Below are positions 9,820 to 19,372 of a stretch of 64,000 nucleotides of DNA, one piece after another. Location: NCBI GenBank assembly GCA_946534345.1, contig CAMNCL010000006.1, positions 50-64,049 on the forward strand. The letters run 5' to 3'. How positions within the stretch are numbered: the first letter of the stretch is position 1; each line of letters starts with the position of its first letter. The translations under genes were made by a program, and so were the position numbers. Source of the stretch: an uncultured Bacillales bacterium (GTDB taxonomy: Bacteria; Bacillota_I; Bacilli_A; RF39; UBA660). Below the pieces are notes generated by a model. It ran no database searches. It worked only from the letters and a program-made list of their open reading frames with translations, and was not told the DNA's origin.

Positions 9820-10962
9820 ATGAAAGCTATTGGTATTATTGCAGAATATAATCCTTTTCATAATGGACATTTATATCATTTAGAAAAAATAAAAGAAATG
9901 TATCCTGACTATACTATTGTTGTGGTAATGAATGGTAACTTTACTGAACGTGGTGAAGTAACTATTATAGATAAATGGAAAAGATCAGATATAGCCTTAG
10001 AATTAGGAATAGATTTGGTAATTGAATTACCTTTCCCTTTCTCTACTCAGTCGGCTGACTACTATGCATATGGTGCAATTACACTACTAGAGAAATTAGG
10101 TGTAGAAAAAGTAATCTTTGGAAGTGAATCAGACAGTATTGAAGATTTAAAATTAATTGCTGAGACACAACTTAATAATGATGAATTTGATAAACTAGTT
10201 AAAATATATTGTAAATTAGGTAATAATTACCCTACTGCATTATCTCTTGCTTTAGAAGATTTAATAGATAAAAAAATAACTACTCCTAATGATTTATTAG
10301 GAATAAGTTATATTAAGGCAATACTTAAAAATAATTATAAAATTATACCTGAGTCAATTAAGAGAACTAATAATTATCATGATAAAGAATTAGATAATGA
10401 GATAGTAAGTGCTTCTGCAATTAGAGAGAGTTTAAGAAATAATAAAAGTGTAGAAAATCAAGTACCAGTAAACACTTTAAATAGACTTAATAACTTACAT
10501 TATATGGATATGTATTTTAATATTTTAAAATATAAAATTATTACAGAAGATAATCTAGAAATATATCAAACAGTTGAAACTGGTATGAATAAAAAGTTAA
10601 AAGAAGCTATTGGTAAAGCTAATACTTATGATGAATTAATTAAAAGTATTAAGAGTAAGAAAGATACATATAATAAGATAAGTAGAATGTTATTACATAT
10701 ACTATGTAATTTTACTAAAGAACAGGCTAACTCTTTTAAAGATATTACTTATATTAGAATACTAGGTTTTAATAAAACTGGTAGAGATTATTTAAATAGT
10801 ATTAAGAAAGATATAGATATTCCTATTATTAGTAAAATAACAAGAGAAAAAGACTCTATGTTAGAATATGAATTAGAAACTACTAAAATATATGATTTGA
10901 TTTATAATGAACATTTAGAAGAACTTGAATATAAGAATCATCTATATAAGGAGGATCTATGA
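9820..10962 (+). CDS. tmcAL: tRNA(Met) cytidine acetate ligase (YlbM/UPF0348 nucleotidyltransferase)
   Basis: MKAIGIIAEYNPFHNGHLYHL HIGH-type nucleotidyltransferase N-terminus. About 380 aa, as in the YlbM family. Confidence 0.85.
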   Translation: MKAIGIIAEYNPFHNGHLYHLEKIKEMYPDYTIVVVMNGNFTERGEVTIIDKWKRSDIALELGIDLVIELPFPFSTQSADYYAYGAITLLEKLGVEKVIFGSESDSIEDLKLIAETQLNNDEFDKLVKIYCKLGNNYPTALSLALEDLIDKKITTPNDLLGISYIKAILKNNYKIIPESIKRTNNYHDKELDNEIVSASAIRESLRNNKSVENQVPVNTLNRLNNLHYMDMYFNILKYKIITEDNLEIYQTVETGMNKKLKEAIGKANTYDELIKSIKSKKDTYNKISRMLLHILCNFTKEQANSFKDITYIRILGFNKTGRDYLNSIKKDIDIPIISKITREKDSMLEYELETTKIYDLIYNEHLEELEYKNHLYKEDL

Positions 10963-11645
10963 TTAAACAGAAAAAACAAGGACAATTAATAGTCATCTCT
11001 GGTCCTAGTGGTGCAGGTAAAGACACGATAGTTGAAAATGTATTAAAGAAAAATAAAAATATTTGGTTATCTATATCTGCTACTTCTCGTCCTATAAGAA
11101 GTGGAGAAAAAGAAGGAGTTAATTACTACTATTTATCAAAAGAAGAATTTGAAGAGAAAATAAATGATAATTATTTCTTAGAATATGCAATGTATGCAGA
11201 TAATTATTATGGTACTCCGAAAGATAAAATAATTGAACATTTAGATAAAGGTATTGATGTCATATTAGTAATTGAAATTGAAGGAGCTAAGAAAATAAAA
11301 GAATTAGTTCCAGAAGCATTATTTATATTTATAATGCCACCATCTGAGAAAGAATTATTGAAAAGACTAAGTGGTAGAAAAACAGAAGATAAAGAAAAGA
11401 TAATTAAGAGATTTAATATTGCTTATCAGGAAATGAATGAAGTTACCAAATATAATTATGTAGTTGTTAATGATGAATTAAAAGAAGCAATTTCTAAAGT
11501 AGAATCAATTATAAAAGCAGAAAAATGTAGAGTTGATCGTATTGAAGAAATGTTAGTTGCGAATAAAGAAGAGTTAATACATGAATTCTTAATGGAAGTA
11601 GAATTTGATAATAGTTTAATATCTGAAAAGATTAAGGAGGATTAA
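10959..11645 (+). CDS. gmk: Guanylate kinase
   Basis: ISGPSGAGKDT P-loop and SATSRPIR motif. 4-nt overlap with tmcAL. About 20 aa longer than usual at the C-terminus. Confidence 0.9.
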   Translation: MIKQKKQGQLIVISGPSGAGKDTIVENVLKKNKNIWLSISATSRPIRSGEKEGVNYYYLSKEEFEEKINDNYFLEYAMYADNYYGTPKDKIIEHLDKGIDVILVIEIEGAKKIKELVPEALFIFIMPPSEKELLKRLSGRKTEDKEKIIKRFNIAYQEMNEVTKYNYVVVNDELKEAISKVESIIKAEKCRVDRIEEMLVANKEELIHEFLMEVEFDNSLISEKIKED

Positions 11646-11980
11646 TGAAGGAAAGAATGAAAGAATATTTAAATGAAATGAGAGAATTAGATAAAAAGAA
11701 AAAGAAACTATCTAAGGATGAATTAAATGATATGTTAATTCATATTAAGTTTTATCAACATGAAAGATTAATACACTTACTAGTAACTATTTTTGTAGGA
11801 CTTGGTACTATTATGTTTTTTGGAATAGCAATTAATGATAAATCAATAGAATTTATCTTAGTTGGATTAATCACTTTAATATTATTTGCATTCTATATAG
11901 TACATTATTATTTCTTAGAAAATTCAGTTCAAGAGTTATATGACTTATATGATTCATTAAAAGAAAAAGATTCTAAATAA
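11645..11980 (+). CDS. Small membrane protein (111 aa, two TM)
   Basis: ATGA overlap with gmk. Charged N-terminus followed by two hydrophobic spans. Not recognisable as RpoZ, which follows gmk in Bacillus. Confidence 0.65.
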   Translation: MKERMKEYLNEMRELDKKKKKLSKDELNDMLIHIKFYQHERLIHLLVTIFVGLGTIMFFGIAINDKSIEFILVGLITLILFAFYIVHYYFLENSVQELYDLYDSLKEKDSK

Positions 11981-11991
11981 TAGAATCTTTT

Positions 11992-13395
11992 TTATATTTC
12001 AACTATTCTAATATAATTTGTAGATCTAGTTTTACCTAGTGGAAATCCTCCTGTTACTACAATTAAATCTTTTTCTTTTAGATTTAATTCTTTTTTAGCT
12101 ACTTCTCTTGCATAATCAACCATTTCATCAGTACTATCAAATACTTCAGTTATTATCGGTTTAACTCCAAAGTTTAGAGCTACTTTCTCAGCCACATGCG
12201 ATGTTGGACAACAAGCAAGTATTGTACAGTTTGGTCTTAAATTACTTATTTTTCTAGCTGTGAATCCTGTCATAGTCGTTGTAATAATTGCTTTTATATC
12301 ATTGTACTCAACTGCATCAACTGCAAGCTTAGCAATTGTATCTGAGATATCTTTTTGTCTTTTATACTCAGTATGTTTGGTATAATCAATAGTTGATTCT
12401 GTATACTCACAAATTCTACTCATTATTTTTACTGCTTCTTTTGGATATTTACCTACAGTAGTTTCTCCTGATAACATTACACAATCAGTTCCATCTATTA
12501 CAGCATTAGCAATATCTGTAACTTCTGCTCTTGTTGGTCTAGGATTTGTATACATTGAAGCAAGCATTTCTGTAGCAACAATTGCGAATTTTCCATTTTC
12601 ACGACATTTTCTAATTATCTCTTTTTGAATTAATGGTAACTCTTCCATTGGAACCTCTACTCCAAGATCTCCTCTAGCTACCATTATTCCATCTGCTTCT
12701 TTAATTATCTCATCTATGTTTTTAACACCAGTTCTACTTTCAATCTTGGCAATTATTCTAGCATCTCCACCAAAATCTTTAATTATTTTACGAGCATCTT
12801 TTATATCATTCTTAGTATTTACAAAAGATAAAGCTAAATAATCACATGAATGAGTAGCTGCAAACTTAATATCATTATAATCATCTTCACTAATAAATGG
12901 TAATTTTAAGTCTACTCCTGGAACATTAATTGTCTTATGATTTTTTATTTCTCCATTATTTAGTGCTTTTAATTCTACAAATCCAGATCCTTTTTTTATT
13001 ACTTCTAAATCAAGTAAGGCATTATCTATTAATACATGATCCCCTACTTTTAATTTATCAATTGCTTCTGGATGATTAACACTAAATTTATCTTTATTTC
13101 CTAAACATTTTTTCTTTTGTAGTTTTATTGTTTCTCCTGTTTTAATACTAATTCCACCATTTTGAAAGTTTAAAGTTCTAAACTCTGGTCCTTTAGTATC
13201 ATACATAATAGCTATTGGAATACCACTATTAGTACGAACAGATCTAATTAATTCAATTATTTCAGGTATAGCATCTAAACTACTATGACTTAAATTTATA
13301 CGAGCACAGTCCATTCCATTTAGTACCATATCTGTCATTACATCGATGTTGGCACAAGCTGGACCAACGCTGCAAATAATCTTAGTCTTCTTCAT
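11992..13395 (-). CDS. pyk: Pyruvate kinase
   Basis: MKKTKIICSVGPA...MVARGDLGVEVP motifs, 467 aa. Confidence 0.93.
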   Translation of the reverse strand: MKKTKIICSVGPACANIDVMTDMVLNGMDCARINLSHSSLDAIPEIIELIRSVRTNSGIPIAIMYDTKGPEFRTLNFQNGGISIKTGETIKLQKKKCLGNKDKFSVNHPEAIDKLKVGDHVLIDNALLDLEVIKKGSGFVELKALNNGEIKNHKTINVPGVDLKLPFISEDDYNDIKFAATHSCDYLALSFVNTKNDIKDARKIIKDFGGDARIIAKIESRTGVKNIDEIIKEADGIMVARGDLGVEVPMEELPLIQKEIIRKCRENGKFAIVATEMLASMYTNPRPTRAEVTDIANAVIDGTDCVMLSGETTVGKYPKEAVKIMSRICEYTESTIDYTKHTEYKRQKDISDTIAKLAVDAVEYNDIKAIITTTMTGFTARKISNLRPNCTILACCPTSHVAEKVALNFGVKPIITEVFDSTDEMVDYAREVAKKELNLKEKDLIVVTGGFPLGKTRSTNYIRIVEI

Positions 13396-13459
13396 GATAC
13401 CCCTCCACTATTCTATATTAATTTTATCATATAATTAAAAAAATAGAATAATAATTATT

Positions 13460-14281
13460 CTATTTCTGACATTTTTTACAATAATGTGTACCTCTACCAC
13501 CAATTCTAGTCTTTTGAATTACATTTCCACATTTAGGACATTTACTACCAGCTTTTCCATGAACTAACAATTCATTTTGAAATAATCCATGTACTCCCTC
13601 TGAAGATGTAAAACTCTTAATAGTAGTACCACCCTTTTCTACTGCTTTATCTAATATAATACGAGTATTATCAATTATTTTCTGGCATTCATTCTTTGTG
13701 ACTAGATTAGCCTTACGATTTGGATTAATACCACTCATAAATAGTATCTCATCATCATAAATATTACCTATACCTGTAATTATACTTTGATCAAGTAATA
13801 CTGTTTTAATTGGTAATTTCTTATTATGAATCTTTTCATATAAATATTCTTTTGTAAGATTAGGATCATAATATTCTAATCCTAATTCAGATAGAGGTTT
13901 TACTTTATAAGTATCCTCTTTATTTATTAAATACATTTTTCCGAATTTTCGAACATCATGGAATCTAAAACTAATAGAATCATCTAGTATTAATTCTACA
14001 TGTTCATGTTTATTTAGAGGATCCCCTACTTTTCTAAAGAAGAATTTACCTTCCATTCTTAAATGACAAAGCAGGCTATAATCATCTAGTTCCATAACAA
14101 TAAATTTACCTCTAGTTTTAATATCATTTATCTTTTGATTAATTATTTCTTTTTTAAAATCATCACTTGTAGGATAAGCAATAATATTATCCCAATATAT
14201 ATTACAGCCAGTAATTCTTTTACCAACTATTTTAGGTATTAAACTTTTAACTACTGTCATAACTTCTGGTTTTTCAGGCAT
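13460..14281 (-). CDS. mutM: Formamidopyrimidine-DNA glycosylase
   Basis: MPEKPEV N-terminus (catalytic Pro2) and a C-terminal zinc finger CPKCG...YCKKCQ. Downstream of polA, as in Firmicutes. Confidence 0.9.
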   Translation of the reverse strand: MPEKPEVMTVVKSLIPKIVGKRITGCNIYWDNIIAYPTSDDFKKEIINQKINDIKTRGKFIVMELDDYSLLCHLRMEGKFFFRKVGDPLNKHEHVELILDDSISFRFHDVRKFGKMYLINKEDTYKVKPLSELGLEYYDPNLTKEYLYEKIHNKKLPIKTVLLDQSIITGIGNIYDDEILFMSGINPNRKANLVTKNECQKIIDNTRIILDKAVEKGGTTIKSFTSSEGVHGLFQNELLVHGKAGSKCPKCGNVIQKTRIGGRGTHYCKKCQK

Positions 14282-14292
14282 ATTATTCCTCC

Positions 14293-16905
14293 TTATTTTG
14301 CTTCATACCAATCTTTTCCAGTCTCTATTTCTACTTTTAATGGAACATTTAATTTATAAGTGTTTTCCATAATATCTTTTACTATTTTCTTAACTTTCTC
14401 TACTTCATCGTTTTTAACATTTAATATTAATTCATCGTGTACTTGAAGTAGTATTTTAGATTCTAATTTTTCTTTCTTTAATTCATTATATAATTCAACC
14501 ATAGCTTTCTTAAGTATGTCTGCAGCTGTACCTTGAATAGGAGTATTAAGAGCCATTCTCTCTCCACTACTTCTAATCATATAATTCTTAGAAGATAATT
14601 CTGGTATTACTCTTCTTCTATTCATTAAAGTAGTAACATAACCATTCTTATAAGCTTCTTCTTTTTCTTTTTCCATATAATCAGATATTCCAGGGAATGC
14701 TTCTAAGTATTTATCAATAAAATCTTTTGCTTCTTTAACATTAATTCCTAAGTCTTCTGATAATCCAAAACTACTAATACCATAGATGATTCCAAAGTTA
14801 ACTGCTTTAGCAGTTCTTCTCATTGTCTTTGTAACTTCTTCTATTGGTACATGATAGATATCACTAGCAGTCTTTGTATGAATATCTTTATCTTCAATAA
14901 ATGCTTCCATCATTTGAGTAGCATTTGCCATTGATGAGAATACTCTTAGTTCTACCTGTGAATAATCACTTGATAGTAGAACACTATCTTCATCTGGAAT
15001 AAATGCTTTTCTAATCATTCTACTATATTCATCACGTGCTGGAATATTTTGAAGATTAGGACTAATACTTGATAGTCTACCAGTCCTAGTTAGAGTTTGT
15101 GTATAAGTTGTATGAATTCTTCCATCTTCTCTTATTTCATTCAGTAGTCCTACTGCATAATTAGAATATAACTTAGATAACATTCTATATTCTAATATTT
15201 TATCTACTATAGGATTTACAAAAGCTATCTTATCTAAAATATCTTTGCTAGTAGAATATTTACCATTAGTAACTCTTTTAGGATAAGGTATTTCCATATC
15301 TACAAATAACACTTTAGATAATTGAGCTGGACTATTAATATTAAATTCTTGACCAGCCAATTTATATATTTCTTTTTCTAATTCTTTTATTTTTATATCT
15401 AGGTCATCTCTAACATTTTCTAAGTATTTATGATCTACTTTAATACCAGTTAATTCCATGTCTGCTAAAACATTTACTAAAGGCATTTCAATATTATTAA
15501 ATAGCTCTTCTTCAGAATATTCACTAATCTTATTTAATAATTCTTCTTTTGAATCATAAATAAATTTAGCTTTCATAGAAATAGTATTAATTAACTTATC
15601 TTCACTTACTTCTAATGGTCTTTTAAGTGTTCCATAGACACTTTCAAAACTAGGTATATCATAACCCATACTAGTAGCTAGATGACTAATATCATCTTTT
15701 ATTTCATAGTCACTTAAATATCCTGCGATAGAAGTATCATAATGACAATTATTAATTTCAATTCCATAATTATTAAGTAAGACAATACATTTTTTTAAAT
15801 CATACGTATATTTATTAGTATTATTAGTAAACAATTCTTTATACTTAGGAATATCTTCTTCTTTTAAGAAATAAGCATAATCTCCATCATAGAAACTAAT
15901 TCCTAGTATTTTACTTTTACTATAAACTTCTCCCATACTTTCAATATAGAATGAATAGTCTTTTGAAGTATCTAATTCATCTAGATTTTTTATTTCTAAA
16001 TTATCATCTCTTTTTACTACTGTATTATCTGATACTTCTCCCATTAAGTTATATTTACTAAGAAGTGATTTAAATTCTAACTCTTCTAAGATACTTTTTA
16101 GTTTTAAATTATTAATACCAGTATATTTACAATCTTCTAGAGTAAAATCTAATTTTATATCTTTAACTATAGTAGCTAATTGATATGACTTGTAGCAATT
16201 ATCTTTATCTTTAATTAGTTTTTCTCGCATCTTACCTTTAATAGAATCAATATTCTTATATAAATTATCAATTGAACCATATTCACTTATTAGTTTAATA
16301 GCAGTTTTTTCACCTATTCCAGCAACTCCAGGAATATTATCTGATGAGTCTCCCATAAGAGCTTTTAAATCTATCATTTTAATTGGTTCTACTCCATAAG
16401 TTTCAATAAATTTATCTCTATCCATTATGATATAGTCATTACTCTTTAACACTCTAACTACTACATCATCTTCTATTAATTGTAGTAAGTCTTTATCACT
16501 ACTTATTATTTCGCAATCAAAATCCGGGTCTATATGAGCTTCGTGTGACAATGTTCCAATAATATCATCTGCTTCATAATAATCCATTTCATGGTATTTA
16601 ATACCCATTGCTTTTAATACTTCTTTAGCTACTGGGAATTGTTGCTTCAATTCATCCGGAGTATCACTTCTACCAGCTTTATATTCAGTATATTCTTCAT
16701 GTCTAAATGTTTTTCCTTTATCAAAAGCAACTAAGATATAGTCAGGTTTTTCTTCTCTAATAATTCTATTCATCATATTAATAAAACCATATAATGCATT
16801 AGTTGGGAAACCTTTAGAGTTACGCATAATAACTCCACTATAAGCTGTTGCATAATAACTTCTAAATACTAAATTATTACCATCCACAAGTAAGATTTTT
16901 TTCAT
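14293..16905 (-). CDS. polA: DNA polymerase I
   Basis: 5'-nuclease N-terminus (KKILLVDGNNLVFRSYYA) and the polymerase motifs RRTAKAVNFGIIYG and QVHDEL. ATG 16905 preferred to the GTG start at 16917. Confidence 0.93.
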   Translation of the reverse strand: MKKILLVDGNNLVFRSYYATAYSGVIMRNSKGFPTNALYGFINMMNRIIREEKPDYILVAFDKGKTFRHEEYTEYKAGRSDTPDELKQQFPVAKEVLKAMGIKYHEMDYYEADDIIGTLSHEAHIDPDFDCEIISSDKDLLQLIEDDVVVRVLKSNDYIIMDRDKFIETYGVEPIKMIDLKALMGDSSDNIPGVAGIGEKTAIKLISEYGSIDNLYKNIDSIKGKMREKLIKDKDNCYKSYQLATIVKDIKLDFTLEDCKYTGINNLKLKSILEELEFKSLLSKYNLMGEVSDNTVVKRDDNLEIKNLDELDTSKDYSFYIESMGEVYSKSKILGISFYDGDYAYFLKEEDIPKYKELFTNNTNKYTYDLKKCIVLLNNYGIEINNCHYDTSIAGYLSDYEIKDDISHLATSMGYDIPSFESVYGTLKRPLEVSEDKLINTISMKAKFIYDSKEELLNKISEYSEEELFNNIEMPLVNVLADMELTGIKVDHKYLENVRDDLDIKIKELEKEIYKLAGQEFNINSPAQLSKVLFVDMEIPYPKRVTNGKYSTSKDILDKIAFVNPIVDKILEYRMLSKLYSNYAVGLLNEIREDGRIHTTYTQTLTRTGRLSSISPNLQNIPARDEYSRMIRKAFIPDEDSVLLSSDYSQVELRVFSSMANATQMMEAFIEDKDIHTKTASDIYHVPIEEVTKTMRRTAKAVNFGIIYGISSFGLSEDLGINVKEAKDFIDKYLEAFPGISDYMEKEKEEAYKNGYVTTLMNRRRVIPELSSKNYMIRSSGERMALNTPIQGTAADILKKAMVELYNELKKEKLESKILLQVHDELILNVKNDEVEKVKKIVKDIMENTYKLNVPLKVEIETGKDWYEAK

Positions 16906-16928
16906 ATTAACCACCACTATTAGTATAA

Positions 16929-16958
16929 CAAAAAAAATAATGATTTAAAATCATTATT
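16929..16958 (-). terminator. Intrinsic terminator (9-bp AT-rich stem + U-run) ending the lexA-divergent small transcript
   Basis: Minus strand reads AATAATGAT-TTTAA-ATCATTATT followed by TTTTTTTTG. Confidence 0.55.
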
Positions 16959-17065
16959 TCTCCTGATTACTTTTAGGATATATGAAAGAAGAGAGTTAAC
17001 TTAAACTAAAAGTAATCATATCTTCTCCTCCACCAGATATTAAATATCTGGATTTTTTGGATTAA

Positions 17066-17215
17066 TTATTTAGATAATTTTACAGCTGTATTAGTCTTTT
17101 CAACATAAGAGTCATTGTCTAATTTTTCTACTCTATAACTTGCGAATAATAGATATAGGCAAATTATAATATAGATACCTAAAATAATTAATCCTGTTTT
17201 TAAACGTTCTGACAT
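17066..17215 (-). CDS. 49-aa single-pass membrane peptide, LexA-controlled (SOS division-inhibitor-like or type I toxin-like)
   Basis: Too short for the ORF track. My translation: MSERLKTGLIILGIYIIICLYLLFASYRVEKLDNDSYVEKTNTAVKLSK. GGAGAG RBS. Has its own TTGACA-17-TATAAT promoter with a Cheo box in the spacer. Divergent from lexA. Confidence 0.6.
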   Translation of the reverse strand: MSERLKTGLIILGIYIIICLYLLFASYRVEKLDNDSYVEKTNTAVKLSK

Positions 17216-17245
17216 AAACTCTCTCTCCTTTCATATTACACTCTC

Positions 17246-17274
17246 ATTATATATCGAATAATTGTTCGTGTCAA
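17246..17274 (-). promoter_or_regulatory. Sigma-A promoter of the 49-aa peptide gene
   Basis: Minus strand TTGACA (17274-17269), a 17-nt spacer, then TATAAT (17251-17246). Confidence 0.7.
17255..17268. promoter_or_regulatory. LexA operator (Cheo box)
   Basis: CGAATAATTGTTCG compared with the Firmicute consensus CGAAC-N4-GTTCG. Lies exactly in the spacer of the divergent promoter. Confidence 0.75.
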
Positions 17275-17282
17275 TATAAAAT

Positions 17283-17296
17283 AAAACATTTGTTTG
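17283..17296. promoter_or_regulatory. Second, degenerate LexA operator overlapping the lexA -35
   Basis: AAAACATTTGTTTG, a palindromic AAAC-N4-GTTT. Autoregulation of lexA is expected. Confidence 0.45.
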
Positions 17297-17322
17297 ACAT
17301 TTTACATATAGTGTGTTAAACT
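17294..17322 (+). promoter_or_regulatory. lexA promoter
   Basis: TTGACA, a 17-nt spacer, then TAAACT preceded by TGT (extended -10 like). Confidence 0.6.
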
Positions 17323-17343
17323 ACGTATATGAGGAGGAATACT

Positions 17344-17961
17344 ATGGAAAAATTGACTGATAAGCAAAATAGTATTTTACAAATATTAAAGAAATTAATT
17401 GCGGAAAAAGGTTATCCACCTACTGTTAGAGAAATTGGAGAAGCAGCTCATCTATCATCTCCGGCAACCATTCATTTTCATTTAAGTAAATTAGAAGAAA
17501 AAGGATATATCAAAAAAGGAGACAATAAAAATAGAACTATTGAAATAATAGTTCCTAATGAATATTTAGAAAAAGATGAAAATGTTGTCGATGTACCTTT
17601 ACTTGGTAAAGTAACTGCAGGTACTCCAATTGAAGCTATTGAAACACCAGATGAGTACTTTTCACTACCTGCTTATTTAGTAAATAATAAAAAAGAAATA
17701 TTTACTTTAAAAGTAAGTGGTGAATCAATGATTAATGTTGGTATTTATGACGGAGATATATTAATAGTAGAAAGACAGAATACAGCACGTAATGGTGAAA
17801 CAGTAGTAGCAATGAATGATAATAATGAAGTAACAGTAAAAACATTCTATAAAGAAGATGGATATTTTAGACTACAACCTGAAAATGACACAATGGAACC
17901 TATTATTCTAAAAGAATGTACAATACTAGGAAAAGCAATTGGATTATATAGAAAGTTTTAA
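17344..17961 (+). CDS. lexA: SOS repressor LexA
   Basis: Winged-helix N-terminus (LTDKQNSILQILKKLIAEKGYPPTVREIGEA) and S24 peptidase C-terminus (VSGESM...). GAGGAGG RBS places the start at ATG 17344. Confidence 0.93.
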   Translation: MEKLTDKQNSILQILKKLIAEKGYPPTVREIGEAAHLSSPATIHFHLSKLEEKGYIKKGDNKNRTIEIIVPNEYLEKDENVVDVPLLGKVTAGTPIEAIETPDEYFSLPAYLVNNKKEIFTLKVSGESMINVGIYDGDILIVERQNTARNGETVVAMNDNNEVTVKTFYKEDGYFRLQPENDTMEPIILKECTILGKAIGLYRKF

Positions 17962-17993
17962 AAAAAGTGTTAAGAATTTCTTAACACTTTTTA
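17961..17993. terminator. Bidirectional intrinsic terminator between lexA and the serpin gene
   Basis: AGTGTTAAG-AATTT-CTTAACACT stem-loop flanked by an A-run and a T-run. Confidence 0.7.
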
Positions 17994-19271
17994 TTTGCAT
18001 GTATTATCTTCACTCCACTCAGGTGGATCATTCACTACACCAAAGAATAATATTTCATTTGTTTCTCTATCACGTATTAAATAAGCAAATGGTTCATCAA
18101 AAGTAAATGTTATTCTGTCATCTTCTTCTATTACTGATTTAACATTTATGTCTGCAGAAGTAGCTGCTGCTGCTTTTGTTCCATTTTCATCTACTGAAAT
18201 ATATGTTTTATGAACAATGCTATTAACATATACTGGAGCATCAATCATTTTACTAAAATTAGCATTATTATCAAATATATCTTTAACTCCAAGATTTTTT
18301 AATATACCTGATAAATCATCTATTGAGTAATCATATTCAAATTTTGGAAGATATATTTCTATATATGATTTTAATGGTCCTTCTTCTTCAGTTTGTTTTA
18401 AATCTTCAACTGTCAAATTATTCATATATGTCTTAATATCAGTATTTGGCATAATAGCGACAAACTCTAATGATCTTCCACCCTCTTTAACACTCTTTCC
18501 ATTTGCATTATATGCCTGATAAGGAATCATTAAACCTTTAGCATTGTCTCCATAGAATACTCTTGCCCCATTACTTTTGGTAGTATGCATCATTGCCACA
18601 TTCTTTTTGATTCCATCTAGTTTAGTAAATTCTTTAGGAACAGTTGCATGACAATCAAATTTATACTTCCATGCCATATCAATCGCAACTGCATTAGCTA
18701 AAGCCATGGCAAAATTTGGAGAAAGACTATTAAATACTTTTGGAATCATCCCATTAGTCTTATTATTAACCCAATCATTAATAAGTTTTGGTGATTTAAA
18801 ATCATCATATATAATTTCAGAATTATATTTATCTATTGAATTTTTATAATATGAATCTAATACTTTATCCTTATATACGTTTTTTATAAACATACCATTC
18901 GCAATTTCTAGTTTTCCTTTAACATTTAAATTGTTATTAATAGTTCTTTTTCCAATCAAACTATCAATTTGTTCTTTAGATGATCCATCTGCTCCATCAC
19001 GTAACATACTTAATACTACTTCAATAGAATAAGGACTTATTAAATAATTACCTGTAGCTGTATTATTAATCTCCTTTATTAGTTTTACATCATAATTAGA
19101 CACTTCTTTTGCATCAACGTTCTTTGTAATTGGTTCTTCTCTAACATCTTCTGAGTCTCTAGAAGAAAAGAATACTTTTAATAATAGAAAACCTCCAATA
19201 CATAATAATATTGATATACTAACTATACTTATAATAATTAATTGTTTATTATTATTATTTAGCTCTTTCAC
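17991..19271 (-). CDS. Serpin-family protease inhibitor with N-terminal membrane anchor/signal
   Basis: 426 aa. N-terminal TM LIIISIVSISILLCIGGFLLL. Inhibitory-type hinge DENGTKAAAATSA. C-terminal serpin signature FTFDEPFAYLIRDRETNEILFFGVVNDP. Confidence 0.85.
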   Translation of the reverse strand: MKELNNNNKQLIIISIVSISILLCIGGFLLLKVFFSSRDSEDVREEPITKNVDAKEVSNYDVKLIKEINNTATGNYLISPYSIEVVLSMLRDGADGSSKEQIDSLIGKRTINNNLNVKGKLEIANGMFIKNVYKDKVLDSYYKNSIDKYNSEIIYDDFKSPKLINDWVNNKTNGMIPKVFNSLSPNFAMALANAVAIDMAWKYKFDCHATVPKEFTKLDGIKKNVAMMHTTKSNGARVFYGDNAKGLMIPYQAYNANGKSVKEGGRSLEFVAIMPNTDIKTYMNNLTVEDLKQTEEEGPLKSYIEIYLPKFEYDYSIDDLSGILKNLGVKDIFDNNANFSKMIDAPVYVNSIVHKTYISVDENGTKAAAATSADINVKSVIEEDDRITFTFDEPFAYLIRDRETNEILFFGVVNDPPEWSEDNTCK

Positions 19272-19372
19272 TATTACACCTCTCTATAATTGGATTGTAT
19301 CATAGTATTCCAAAAAATTGTATATTAATAATATCTATTATGATATACTTTTAATAATAGGAGAATAATATT

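Noticed and set aside
16905-17065. Transcription-attenuation leader for polA (three hairpins and two mini-ORFs with strong RBS upstream of polA)
   Set aside because: The hairpins are adequately explained as the 3' UTR and terminator of the upstream small SOS gene. An extended -10 (TGTTATACT) right after the U-run can serve polA. I saw no mutually exclusive terminator/antiterminator pairing.
19272-19372. Purine riboswitch upstream of the NCS2 purine permease
   Set aside because: The ~100-nt leader lacks the conserved purine-riboswitch junction and loop sequences (UAUAAUCGCG...GUUUCUACC...CCGUAAAU type). It looks like a plain AT-rich promoter region.
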